Source: an uncultured Planctomycetota bacterium (GTDB lineage: Bacteria; Planctomycetota; Planctomycetia; Gemmatales; Gemmataceae). Taken from it: 64,000 nucleotides of DNA. Positions 43,153-53,759 of this stretch are shown piece by piece. How positions within the stretch are numbered: the first letter of the stretch is position 1; each line of letters starts with the position of its first letter. The notes below the pieces were generated by a model that ran no database searches, had not been told where the DNA came from, and saw only the letters and a program-made list of their open reading frames with translations. The position numbers were made by a program, and so were the translations under genes. Location of the stretch: contig CAWKHF010000010.1 in the NCBI GenBank assembly GCA_963849325.1, positions 494,917 through 558,916 of the forward strand. The letters are read 5' to 3'.

Positions 43153-44268
43153 TCAACGAGACGGCAGGCAAGCTTTAACCATCTCTTCTATCGGGAAACC
43201 GTTTATCGGGAAACCGTTCCGGCGGTCCAGATTGGCCAGAAACTTGCGACCGAAGGCGATCAAATCCGCCTTGCCCTGCCGCAGCCAAGCCTCGGCCGTG
43301 TCCAGGTCGAAGCCGCCGGCCAGGATGAGCGTACCGCGATTTTTTTCACGCATCAGCTCGATCATCCGCAGGGCGCGGGCATCGGGTTCGGCCCCTTGCT
43401 TGATCGCCGCGAGAGCCGGGTTGACGAGATGCAGATAGGCGAGTCGGTAGGCGCTGAGCTTGTCCGCGACGAACCCAAAGGTTGCTTCCGGGTCGTCGTC
43501 GCTGATGTCGTTGGCCACGCCGAGCGGCGACAAGCGCACGCCAACGCGATCCGGCTGCCACACTTCGACAACCGCCTCGACCACTTCCAGAAGCAGTCGC
43601 GCCCGGTTTTCGATTGGTCCACCATAGCGATCCGTGCGCCGATTGGTGCTGGACTCGATGAACTGGTCGAGCAGGTAGCCGTTGGCCGCGTGAATCTCAA
43701 CGCCGTCGAAACCGGCGGCCAAGGCGTTCTTCGCTCCACGCGCGTATTGCCGGACGAGGTAGGGCATCTCCTCGATTTGCAAGGCCCGCGGCGTCACGAA
43801 GGGCACCCGTTCGCCCTCGCCCTTTTCGTTCTCGATGAACGCCTGGCCGCTGGACTTGATGGCCGAGGGGGCGACCGGGAGCATACCGTCGGGTTGCAGG
43901 GACGGATGGGAGATGCGTCCGACGTGCAAGAGCTGCTGGAAAATCAAACCGCCGGCCATATGCACCGCATCAGTGACCAAACGCCAGCCCTCGACTTCGC
44001 GGCTGTGAATGCCCGGCGTCCAGGCGCAGCACAGTCCCTGCATCGAAACCTGGGTCGTCTCGCTAATGATGAGGGCGGCCGAGGCCCGCTGCGCGGAATA
44101 GCAGGCGTTGAGGGGGGTGGGTCCATTTGCCGGCTGGCGGGCGCGCGAGCGCGTCAGCCGCGCCAGGACGATCCGATGGGGTAAGTTGTAACGCCCCAGC
44201 TGGACGGGTTGAAATAACCGTTCTACAGGTGTTTGCCGGGCCGAGGCGGTTGGTGCAGACAATATCAT
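43153..44268 (-). pseudogene. nemA: Old yellow enzyme/N-ethylmaleimide reductase, degenerate and C-terminally truncated
   Basis: AGFDGVEIHAANGYLLDQF, FGRKFLAN; deviant LARLTRSR; ends in a 15-bp tandem duplication and lacks the usual C-terminal FY/GY segment. Confidence 0.75.
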
Positions 44269-44410
44269 CGTTCTCCGTTTTTCTCGTCAGCACTCTTTTC
44301 CCCAACGTCTATCGGCCTTGAGAGGTATGCCACCAGGGAAGAGAGCGATGTAGTGGTCTGCGCTGACGGCGATCCCACCTCCCTTGGGAGAGCCTTGGCA
44401 AACGAGGTAA

Positions 44411-44426
44411 CGCAACGGCTATGCCA
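44411..44426 (-). promoter_or_regulatory. sigma54 promoter (leftward)
   Basis: TGGCAT-AGCCG-TTGCG on minus strand. Confidence 0.75.
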
Positions 44427-44550
44427 AGGCGGTTCATGGGGCGGAGATCCGCCGCTTCCGAAAGACAAATCCCCGGAAGGCGGTGTTTTCAAAGCACTAA
44501 AAGCAAGTGTTCGCCGTAGACGGCGCGTACCACGTCCCTGACCTCCCCAC

Positions 44551-44591
44551 GACAAAATGTCCGTTCGTTCTCAACCGAGAGACAATTTGTC
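44551..44591. promoter_or_regulatory. Paired enhancer (UAS) palindromes
   Basis: GACA-AAA-TGTC at 44551 and GACA-ATT-TGTC at 44581, 30 bp apart. Confidence 0.65.
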
Positions 44592-44716
44592 CCGCTCGAT
44601 AGGGACACCGGCCCACATCCGGGGCCATTGACGCTCAGAGGCCGCGCATCGCAAGTCTTTGGCACCTCGGCTGTTTCCCGCAGTCTTGCTGCGCATCTTC
44701 CGGCCGAGAGGTGATC

Positions 44717-44732
44717 TGGCATTCCCATTGCA
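44717..44732 (+). promoter_or_regulatory. sigma54 promoter (rightward)
   Basis: TGGCAT-TCCCA-TTGCA. Confidence 0.8.
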
Positions 44733-44776
44733 AAAGGAAAGCCGAAGTCTGTCGTACTCGTTGCGAGGGTTGCGCC

Positions 44777-45691
44777 GTGGTGATTTCCGACCAAATCCAT
44801 CCTCAAACCGACCCGGCCTTGGCCGTCGTCTCCGTATGCCGGATCGATGGCTCTGGCTCGGCCGTCCGTCCGGACGTGCTGGCCGTAGAGGAGCCGCTGG
44901 AAATCCGACTGGGCTGCGCTGGGGATGGGAGGCGTTCGCACCGCGGCGTCTCCATCACCATGCGGACACCCGGTCACGACAGCGAGTTGGCCATCGGCTT
45001 TCTATTTACCGAGGGGATCATCACGGCGCGAGAACAGGTAATGGGTGTCCGCACCTGTGGGACGGGCAATGTGGTCCGTGTGGACTTGCGGCCAGAGGTT
45101 GCCGTGGACCTGACGCGGCTGGAGCGCCACTTCTACGCGACCTCCAGCTGCGGGGTGTGTGGCAAGGCGTCGCTGGAAGCGGTGCGCGTCTGCTCGCCTC
45201 ATCGCCCTTCCGAGGGTTGGCCCGTCGTCGAAGCCGAGGTCATCCACCGACTGCCCGACACTCTGCGGGCGGAGCAAGCCGTCTTCGACCGTACTGGCGG
45301 CCTGCACGCCTCCGCGCTCTTTGACATCCACGGCGACTTGCTGTGCCTGCGCGAAGACGTTGGCAGGCATAACGCTCTGGACAAGCTCATCGGCGTTTCG
45401 TTCCTCTCCGGCCGCACGCCGCTGTCCGAGTCGGTGCTTCTGGTCAGCGGCCGGGCGAGTTTTGAATTGGTGCAGAAAGCGGCGGTCGCCGGCATCCCCA
45501 TCTTGGCCGCCGTGGGCGCGCCATCGAGTTTGGCGGTGGACTTGGCCCGCGAGTGCGGTCTGACCGTGCTCGGCTTTGTTCGCGCGGATCGCTTCAACAT
45601 CTACACGGGGGCCGACCGTGTCCGTTATGCCGCGTCTGATTTGTCTCCGACCCCCATCCGGGAAATTCGAGTTCCGCTCTCAGTCGTCTGA
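44777..45691 (+). CDS. fdhD: Formate dehydrogenase accessory sulfurtransferase
   Basis: EEPLEI, MRTPG, SSCGVCG, TGGLHA, REDVGRHNALDK. Confidence 0.96.
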   Translation: MVISDQIHPQTDPALAVVSVCRIDGSGSAVRPDVLAVEEPLEIRLGCAGDGRRSHRGVSITMRTPGHDSELAIGFLFTEGIITAREQVMGVRTCGTGNVVRVDLRPEVAVDLTRLERHFYATSSCGVCGKASLEAVRVCSPHRPSEGWPVVEAEVIHRLPDTLRAEQAVFDRTGGLHASALFDIHGDLLCLREDVGRHNALDKLIGVSFLSGRTPLSESVLLVSGRASFELVQKAAVAGIPILAAVGAPSSLAVDLARECGLTVLGFVRADRFNIYTGADRVRYAASDLSPTPIREIRVPLSVV

Positions 45692-45705
45692 AACGAGGTA
45701 ATTGC

Positions 45706-48700
45706 ATGTTCCGTTTCCCCTTGACCAAACACCCGCTGATTTCTCAGCAGCCGTTCAGTCTCCAGACACTGGCGAAGGCTTCGCGGCTGCGCGGCGCCAC
45801 CGTCACTGAGGCCGTCTGCCCTTACTGCGCCGTCGGCTGCGGGCAGCTCATTTACAGCAAGGGCGGCGAACTCATCGACGTTGAGGGCCATCCCGATAGT
45901 CCCATCAGCGGGGGCCACCTCTGCCCCAAAGGGGCCAACGCCTTCCAGCTCGCCGTCAATTCGCATCGCGTCAGCCATGTCCTCTACCGCGCTCCCTTCT
46001 CCGACAAATGGGAGCAAAAACCGTTGGATTGGGCGATGGATCAGATCGCCCAGCGCGTCAAGGCGGCCCGCGACGCCGACTTCACGACGCGCGACGAGCA
46101 AGGTCGCTTGCTCAACTCGGTGCGATCCATCGGCACGTTGGGCGGGGCATCGCTTGACAACGAGGAGAACTACCTCATCAAGAAGCTGTTTGGCGGAGGG
46201 CTGGGCGTGGTGTCGATCGAGAACCAGGCGCGGATATGACACAGCGCCTCGGTGCCCGGTCTGGGCGCCTCGTTCGGCCGCGGTGCGGCCACCAATTATC
46301 AACAGGACATGGCCAACAGCGATTGCATCCTCTTCATGGGATCGAACATGGCGGAAGCCCAACCTGTCGGCTTCCGCTGGCCCATGAAGGCCAAGGAGAA
46401 GGGCGCGACCCTGATCCACGTCGATCCGCGCTTCACGCGCATGTCGGCCGTGTGCGACGTGTACGTCGGCATCCGCTCCGGCAGCGACATTGCCTTCCTC
46501 GGCGGCCTCGTGAATTACGTCCTGAGCAACGACCGTTGGTTTCACGAATACGTCCTGGCCTACACCAATGCTTCGACGATCATCGAGGAAGGTTTCCAGG
46601 ATACCGAGGATTTGGAAGGGCTGTTCAGCGGCTTCGACCAACAACACGACGACTATGACATCAAGCAGGGCCGCTGGGGCTACGAGGAGTCCGGGAACGG
46701 TCGGCAAGGGGAGCAGGACGGTCCCAAGCATACGCCGCAGGCGAAGTCCGAGAAAGGCCGGCATGGGCTTCACGGTCACGGAAGGGATGGCAACGCCGAA
46801 CCGTACACCTCCCCGTACAAGGACATGACGGCCGCACAGCGCGATCCGACCTTGCGGCATCCGCGCTGCGTTATGCAGATCCTGCGGCGACACTTCGCCC
46901 GCTACACGCCGCAAATCGTCTCCCAGGTGTGCGGCTGCACGCAAGCGGAATTCATGCGGGTGGCGGAGTTGCTCTGCGCCAACTCCGGACGCGAGCGGAC
47001 CAGCTGCATCGCCTACGCGCTGGGTTGGACGCAGCACACCACCGGCGTGCAGATCATCCGTACCGCTGGCATTCTGCAACTGTTGCTCGGCAACGTGGGC
47101 CGGCCCGGCGGCGGCATCATGGCTCTGCGCGGCCACTCCACCATCCAGGGCGCAACCGACGTTTCGACTCTGTACGACACCCTGCCCGGCTACCTGCCGC
47201 AGCCGGCCGCCTACGACCGCAAGCACGAGAATTTGCGTTCTTACATCGAGCACGAAGGGATGCCCACAGGCTACTGGTCGAACTTCAGCAAATTCATTGT
47301 TAGTCTGCTCAAGGCGTGGTACGGCGACGCCGCCACGCCGGACAACGACTTCGGTTTCTCCTGGCTGCCGCGCGTGGATGCTGACTACTCGGCCCTGGCC
47401 TTTTTCGACCGTATGGCCAAGGGAGGAGTTAAAGGCTACTTCCTGACCGGCATGAATCCAGGCGGCGGCGGACCCAACGCAGGGCTACACCGCGCCGGCC
47501 TGCGCAACCTCGAATGGCTGGTGGTACTCGACTGGTTCGAGACGGAGAGCGCCACCTTCTGGAAGAACGACCCGAACGCGCCGCCGCCCTCCCAGATCAA
47601 GACCGAGGTCTTTTTCATCCCCGCAGCGGCCGCGCAGGAGAAGGAGGGCAGCTTAAGCAACACGCAGCGGCTGCTCCAGTGGCACAACAAGGCCGTCGAT
47701 CCGGTCGGCGACCGCCGCTCCGACGCCTGGATTCTCTACAACCTCGGTAAGCGTCTCAAGCAGCTCTACGCCGGCTCGACCGATCCCAAGGACCAGCCGC
47801 TGCTGAACCTCACCTGGGACTACGACTTCGACGAGCCGCCACGCCTGCCCGACGGCACACTCAGCCGCATTGAAGGCGAACCGGACCTTGAGAAAGTCCT
47901 CATGGAGATCAATGGCTACAAGCTGGATGAAATAGATCCGCGCACCGGACGGCCGCGTCTCGTGGCCAACTTCACCGAGTTGAAGGAAGACGGTACGACA
48001 TCGTGTGGCTGCTGGGTCTACAGCGGGGTTTTCCCCGAGCCGGGCCGCAACCGGGCGAACGAACGCAAAATTACCGACAACCCCTTTCAACCGGAATGGG
48101 GCTTTGCCTGGCCGTACAACATTCGTATCTTGTACAACCGCGCCTCGGCCGACCCCGAAGGCCGGCCCTGGTCGGAACGCAAGAAACTGGTCTGGTGGGA
48201 CGCCGAAAAGCGGCGTTGGGTCGGATTCGACCAACCGGACTTCGAGGAGGACAAACCGCCCGATTACCAACCGCCGCCGGGCGCGACGGGCATGGCGGCC
48301 ATCGCCGGCACGCATCCCTTCACCATGAAGGCCGACGGACTCGGTTGGCTGTACGCTCCCGGCGGCGTCAAGGACGGGCCTCTGCCGACGCATTACGAGC
48401 CGGTCGAGTCGCCGGTGGGCAACCTTCTCTATCCCAGACACAATTGCAATCCAACGGTACGCTTTTTCGAGGGACCGCTCAACCACATTGCCCACACGCC
48501 GACGGCCGAGTATCCCGTGGTGGCTACGACGTTCCGGCTCACCGAGCATTACTTGAGTGGGCCGATGAGCCGCTTCAATAGCTGGCTCAACGAATTGCAG
48601 CCGGAGATGTTCGTCGAGCTAAGCCACGAATTGGCCGCCGAGCGCGGCATCGTTCACGGCGGTTGGATGACGATCCGGACGGCGCGCGGTCGAATCGAGG

Positions 48701-49020
48701 CCCGCGCGATGGTGACGCGGCGGCTGCGGCCCTTCGTCGTCGAGGGGCGCGTAATTCACCAGATCGGCCTCCCCTTCCACTGGGCTTTCGCCGGTGAGGT
48801 GGTTGGCTGCAACGCCAATGACCTGACTGCGCTGGTGGCCGACCCGAACGTGAGCATGCACGACTGCAAGGCGTTCGCCTGCCAGGTCCAGGCTGGCCGG
48901 CTCGACGGCCCCGTCCCGCAGCACCCGACGGTGCCCGCGGCGCCCTGGCCGACACTCGATCCGATCCCGAACACACCGGCCAGTTCCCAACCGGAAGGGA
49001 GAATTGGACATGGCAAGTAG
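45706..49020 (+). CDS. fdnG: Selenocysteine-containing formate dehydrogenase major subunit (UGA 46237-46239)
   Basis: CPYCAVGC; NQARI-TGA-HSASVPGLG in frame with the next ORF; ALRGH; no Tat signal. Confidence 0.95.
46237..46269 (+). promoter_or_regulatory. Bacterial SECIS element
   Basis: UGA followed after 11 nt by ggtgccc-GGTCT-gggcgcc, similar in layout to the fdhF/fdnG SECIS. Confidence 0.85.
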
Positions 49021-49936
49021 AGAAAAAGAGTTAGCCGCATTGCCCCAGACCAGCGATCCGCCGCGCGGCCGATTGGCGTCGCTGGTGGGACGCCTGATCG
49101 ATCCGTTCCTCCGTGGTGAACCGCCGCAGCCCCGTCCGGCCACCGGCTTCTACACGGACACGACGGTCTGTATCGGCTGCAAGGCTTGCGAAGTGGCGTG
49201 CAAACAATGGAACCAACTACCTGCCGACGGGTTCAACTGGTCCGGCAATAGCTACGACAATACGGGGGAATTGTCGGCCACAACCTGGCGACACGTCAAG
49301 TTCATCGAGCAATTTCACGACCAATCATCCAGCCAGCGTCTCTCCCTGGACGTGGTGCCCAGCGAGCCGAGCCCCAACCGCTGGCTGATGATGAGCGACC
49401 ACTGCAAACATTGCCTGGCGGCCCCCTGCCAGCAGGCTTGCCCGACGGGAGCAATCCTTCACAATGAGTTCGAGAACGTCTACATCCAGGCCGACATCTG
49501 CAACGGCTGCTCGTGCTGCGTGATGTCCTGTCCTTTCGGGGTCATCACCAAGAGCAGTATGGGCGGTCATTCACACAAATGTACGCTCTGCTACGACCGT
49601 CAGCGTGACGGTCTTGAACCGGCCTGCGCCAAGGCGTGCCCGACCCAGTCGATCCACTTCGGCCCGCTGGACGAGCTGCGCGAGATGGCCCGCCAACGGG
49701 TGGAGGAGTTGCACCGGCGCGGCGTTCCCCAGGCTCATCTGTACGGCGACACCCACAGCGATACCTACTCCGCGATGCATTCGTTCTACCTGTTAGTCGA
49801 TCGCCCTTCCGTGTATGGCCTGCCGGATAACCCGTTCAATCCGTGGCTGCACATGCTGGGGGATTACGTCCGTTCCCTCGTGGGCGGCTTGGCGGCTATC
49901 GTTGCATTGCTCGTGGTGTTGTTTCTCTTGAGGTAG
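49010..49936 (+). CDS. fdnH: Formate dehydrogenase FeS (beta) subunit with C-terminal TM
   Basis: CIGCKACEVAC, CKHC..PC..ACP, CNGCSCC..CP, KCTLC. Confidence 0.92.
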   Translation: MASREKELAALPQTSDPPRGRLASLVGRLIDPFLRGEPPQPRPATGFYTDTTVCIGCKACEVACKQWNQLPADGFNWSGNSYDNTGELSATTWRHVKFIEQFHDQSSSQRLSLDVVPSEPSPNRWLMMSDHCKHCLAAPCQQACPTGAILHNEFENVYIQADICNGCSCCVMSCPFGVITKSSMGGHSHKCTLCYDRQRDGLEPACAKACPTQSIHFGPLDELREMARQRVEELHRRGVPQAHLYGDTHSDTYSAMHSFYLLVDRPSVYGLPDNPFNPWLHMLGDYVRSLVGGLAAIVALLVVLFLLR

Positions 49937-49944
49937 GTTCTGAG

Positions 49945-50898
49945 ATGCACACAAACTCCACACCGCATACCCCTTTCAACGATCCTCCGCCGCTGCCGGC
50001 AGCGGGGACGGAGATCGGCTATGCGGACATGCCAATGACCAAGGCGCCGGATTGGCACGGGACCATCGCCTGGGACGCTTTGTTCAACGGTATGGCGACT
50101 GGACTGTTCCTGGTCGCCGCCATCAGCGAACTGGCGGCGTCGGAGATCTTCACTCCCGTGGCGAAAGTGGCTTACCCGGTCTCCCTCGTCGTATTGCTCA
50201 TCGACCTGGGGATGTTGGTGCTCGATCTGGGCGATCCGTTGCGTTTCCATCACATGCTCCGGGTGTTCAAGCCTGTCTCGCCCATGTCGGTGGGAACCTG
50301 GTCTCTGACGATCTTTTCACTCCCCCTGACTGCGGTGGCGGCGCTCAGTCTGCTGTCCGAAATGGGGTATAACTTCGAATTGGCGCGAAAGATCGTGGTC
50401 GTAGGGGGATTGGTGCCCGGCTTTTGCTCCGCAGCCTACAAAGGCGTCTTGCTCAGCACGAACGCGCAACCTGGCTGGAAAGACGCGCGCTGGATGGGCG
50501 GTTATCTCACCAATTCGGCCCTCCTGCTGGGCTGCGCCGAGCTGCTTGTCTTGTCCGCCCTGATGGGACAAGCACAGACGGCCGCCATCCTCCGCATCGC
50601 CTTCATCGCGCTGCTCGTGCTCAATGTCATTCCCTTGGGGCTGTTGTTCGTGAACCTGCATCCGACCTTCGCGCGACTCTTCACCCGCGAACAACAGTGG
50701 CGTGTTGGCTTACTCACATTCGCCGCCGCGACGCTGATCCCTCTGGGGCTGATGCTCCTCGGCAGCGGTCCCGTCCTTGTTTTCGGTGCCGTGATTTTTC
50801 TTTTAGTGGGGAGTTGGGTCATCCGCTTCGTGTACGTCAAAATACCTCACACTTCGCCATTAGCTCAGCGAGGGACCAGATCATCTGGAGCCCAATAG
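49945..50898 (+). CDS. nrfD: NrfD/PsrC-type membrane anchor
   Basis: DLGDPLRFHHML, SPMSVGTW, multiple TM. Confidence 0.88.
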   Translation: MHTNSTPHTPFNDPPPLPAAGTEIGYADMPMTKAPDWHGTIAWDALFNGMATGLFLVAAISELAASEIFTPVAKVAYPVSLVVLLIDLGMLVLDLGDPLRFHHMLRVFKPVSPMSVGTWSLTIFSLPLTAVAALSLLSEMGYNFELARKIVVVGGLVPGFCSAAYKGVLLSTNAQPGWKDARWMGGYLTNSALLLGCAELLVLSALMGQAQTAAILRIAFIALLVLNVIPLGLLFVNLHPTFARLFTREQQWRVGLLTFAAATLIPLGLMLLGSGPVLVFGAVIFLLVGSWVIRFVYVKIPHTSPLAQRGTRSSGAQ

Positions 50899-50907
50899 GA
50901 GATTGAC

Positions 50908-51288
50908 ATGAAACTGCGAATCAAGGGGAACTCGATCCGCGTTCGGCTGGATCGCCGTGACATCGAGCGGCTGATTGACGAGGGAGGGGTCGAAGACGGC
51001 GTCCGGTTCGGGCCGGCACGAGTATTCTCCTACGCCGTGAAGATCGGGCCTGCCCCGCGCGAACGCCCGATCGCTTCTTACATCGACGGACGCCTGACGA
51101 TTCGGATCGACCCGGCGGATGCCAAGGAGTGGCTCTCAGGCGACCGCATCGGCTTCGACCACCAGCAGCCAGTCGAGGACGGTATTGTCCGTGTACTGCT
51201 GGAGAAGGATTTCGCTTGCATCGACCGGCCGCCTGGCGAGGAGGCCGACGATGCCTACGCATTTCCCAACCCGGCAATCTCGTGCTGA
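50908..51288 (+). CDS. Hypothetical protein (DUF7009-like)
   Basis: MKLRIKGNSIRVRL...EKDFAC...FPNP. Confidence 0.8.
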   Translation: MKLRIKGNSIRVRLDRRDIERLIDEGGVEDGVRFGPARVFSYAVKIGPAPRERPIASYIDGRLTIRIDPADAKEWLSGDRIGFDHQQPVEDGIVRVLLEKDFACIDRPPGEEADDAYAFPNPAISC

Positions 51289-51329
51289 GGAACGGACATG
51301 CGAACACGAACATTCTGGGAGGAACTTCG

Positions 51330-52690
51330 ATGAGCGACGGCTTGATTTGGCACCGTATTCAATTTGCCTTCACACTCACATACCATTACTTGTTCCCCCA
51401 GCTCACCATGGGGCTGGCTTGGTTTATTGTCTACTGGAAGTGGCGCGCCCTGCGGACGGGGCGTGAGGAATACAACGTGGCGGCCCGATTCTGGGCCAAA
51501 ATCTTCGGAATCAATTTCGCGGTGGGAGTGGTGACCGGCATTCCGATGGAGTTTCAGTTCGGGACGAACTGGGCGGGTTTTTCCAAACACGCCGGTGGCG
51601 TCATTGGACAAACGCTGGCGATGGAAGGCATGTTCGCGTTCTTTCTGGAGAGCGCCTTTGTCGGCGCGCTCATCTGGGGCGAAAAGCGACTGGGGCCACG
51701 CTATCACTTCCTGGCTGCGCTGGCGGTGGCATTGGGAAGCTGGATTTCCGGCTACTTCATTATCGTGACCAACGCTTTCATGCAATATCCCGTGGGTTAT
51801 CGCGTCGAAGCGGATGGTTCGCTAGGCATCGACAATATCAGCACTTACCTGCTCAACAAATGGGCATGGATCCAATTCTCTCACAACCAACTGGCGGCGC
51901 TTGTCACGGGTTCATTCGTGGTCGCGGCCCTCGGCGCATTCTACAGCTTGCGCCGTCTCCATCCGGAGCAAGCGAAATTGTATTTGCGCGTGGAACTGGA
52001 GTCGGCCTGTTCGCCTCACTTCTTGTCGCGTTCCCCACCGGCGACCAGCAGGCCAAGTTGGTTGGCCGTCATCAGCCCGTGACATTGGCCGCCATGGAGG
52101 GCAAATTCGTGGGCGGTGAGATGGCCGGCGTCGCAATGATCGGGCAACCCAATGTCGCGGCCCGGCGGCTGGATAATCCGATCGAGCTTCCTGGCGCCCT
52201 CAGTTTTCTCGCTTACGGCCACTTTGGCAGCTTTGTACACGGGTTGGAAGATTTCCCGGAGGAGTCGTGGCCCGATAACATCGAGTTACTCTATTACTCA
52301 TTTCACCTGATGATCACGCTCGGGACGATTTTTATCATCCTCATGGGCTGTGCCGCTTTCCAGCATTGGCGCGGCCGGCTGGAATCCACTCCCGCGTTGC
52401 TCTGGGTGCTGATGCTCGCGTTTCCATTTCCCTACCTCGCCAATACTCTGGGGTGGATGACGGCGGAGTTGGGACGCCAGCCGTGGCTCATCTATGGTCT
52501 TTTTCGCACGGCGGATGGCGACAGCAAGGTGGTTAGTGCTGGCGACACGGTGTTCACACTCATCGGCTTCGTCGGCCTTTATATGGTGCTCGGTCTGCTA
52601 TTCTTGTTTCTGGTGGGCCGCGAGATTGCTCGCGGCCCACACGGGGCCGAGTTGGGCGGATCGAAAGCTAGAGAGGAGGAGTCCGCGTGA
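51330..52690 (+). CDS. cydA: Cytochrome bd oxidase subunit I (frameshift ~51990)
   Basis: HYLFP, GIPMEFQFGTNW, AAMEG, GWMTAELGRQPW. Confidence 0.96.
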
Positions 52691-53736
52691 TTGCCACATG
52701 GTATGGAATTGTTAGCTTCATGCTCATTGTCTACGTGGTGCTGGACGGTCGCAACTTCGGCGCTGGAATGCTCCACTGGCTTGTGGCGAGAACGCCTCAA
52801 GAACGGCGGCAGGTCATCGCCGCGATCGGCCCGCTCTGGTCCTGGCATGAAGTATGGCTAGTTGGTTTCGGCGGCACGATGCTCGCGGTATTCCCCAAAC
52901 TCCTGGCATCGGGCTTTGCCGGTTATTACCTCGCGCTGTTTCTCATTCTGTGGTGCTTGATATTCCGCGGAACGGCGCTGGAAGTCGGCGGCCACTTCAA
53001 TGATCGCATGTGGCAGGGTTTCTGGGATTTCGTTTTCGTCCTCAACAGCACGCTTCTGGCCATCCTCTTCGGCGCTGCGGCGGGCAACATGGCTCGCGGC
53101 GTGCCGCTTGCTTCCGATGGTACGTTCTCGATGGCCTTCTTCACGGACTTCACGCCGCGCGGCAACGTGGGCTTGCTTGACTGGTACACGGTATCGGTTG
53201 CGCTCTTCGCCGCGGTCGCGCTCGCCGCGCACGGCGCCACGTATCTCACGTTGAAGACCGAAGGCGTGGTACACGATCGCAGCACGCGCTATGCGCGGGT
53301 ACTTTGGGTTGCGACTGTGCCACTGCTGTTGGCCATATCCATCGAATCCGGCGTGGTGCGTCCCGATTTGCTCGGGCACGCGATTGCCAACCCATTGTGG
53401 TGGTTTGGACTGCTTTTGGTGTGTGGCGCAGTGGTCACGCTGATTTCAGGGCTAACGACTCGGCGCGAAATGCGTGCGTTCATTGGATCGAACTTGCTGC
53501 TTGCCGGCCTGATAGTCACCGGGGCGGCGGCCATTTTTCCAGTCGCTTTGCACTCGACGCTGGCACCCGAAAACTCTCTGACCGCATACGATGTCGCCGC
53601 CCCCAGCCAATCGTTCGTATACGCCTCGATCTGGTGGCCAATCGGTTTCGCACTGGCGGCCACATATTTCGTTTTCGTTTCGAGACAATACGCCGGAAAG
53701 GTTAGCGTCCAACGGGACAACCAGGGCTACTACTAG
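52687..53736 (+). CDS. cydB: Cytochrome bd oxidase subunit II
   Basis: YVVLDG, IGPLWSWHEVWL, multiple TM. Confidence 0.94.
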   Translation: MIATWYGIVSFMLIVYVVLDGRNFGAGMLHWLVARTPQERRQVIAAIGPLWSWHEVWLVGFGGTMLAVFPKLLASGFAGYYLALFLILWCLIFRGTALEVGGHFNDRMWQGFWDFVFVLNSTLLAILFGAAAGNMARGVPLASDGTFSMAFFTDFTPRGNVGLLDWYTVSVALFAAVALAAHGATYLTLKTEGVVHDRSTRYARVLWVATVPLLLAISIESGVVRPDLLGHAIANPLWWFGLLLVCGAVVTLISGLTTRREMRAFIGSNLLLAGLIVTGAAAIFPVALHSTLAPENSLTAYDVAAPSQSFVYASIWWPIGFALAATYFVFVSRQYAGKVSVQRDNQGYY

Positions 53737-53759
53737 CGAGAGTGGGATGCGAGGATGTC

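Noticed and set aside
45625-47253. Long antisense ORFs (here, 2367-3716, 8287-9792, 32234-33685 and others)
   Set aside because: Shadow frames of real genes caused by high-GC codon bias
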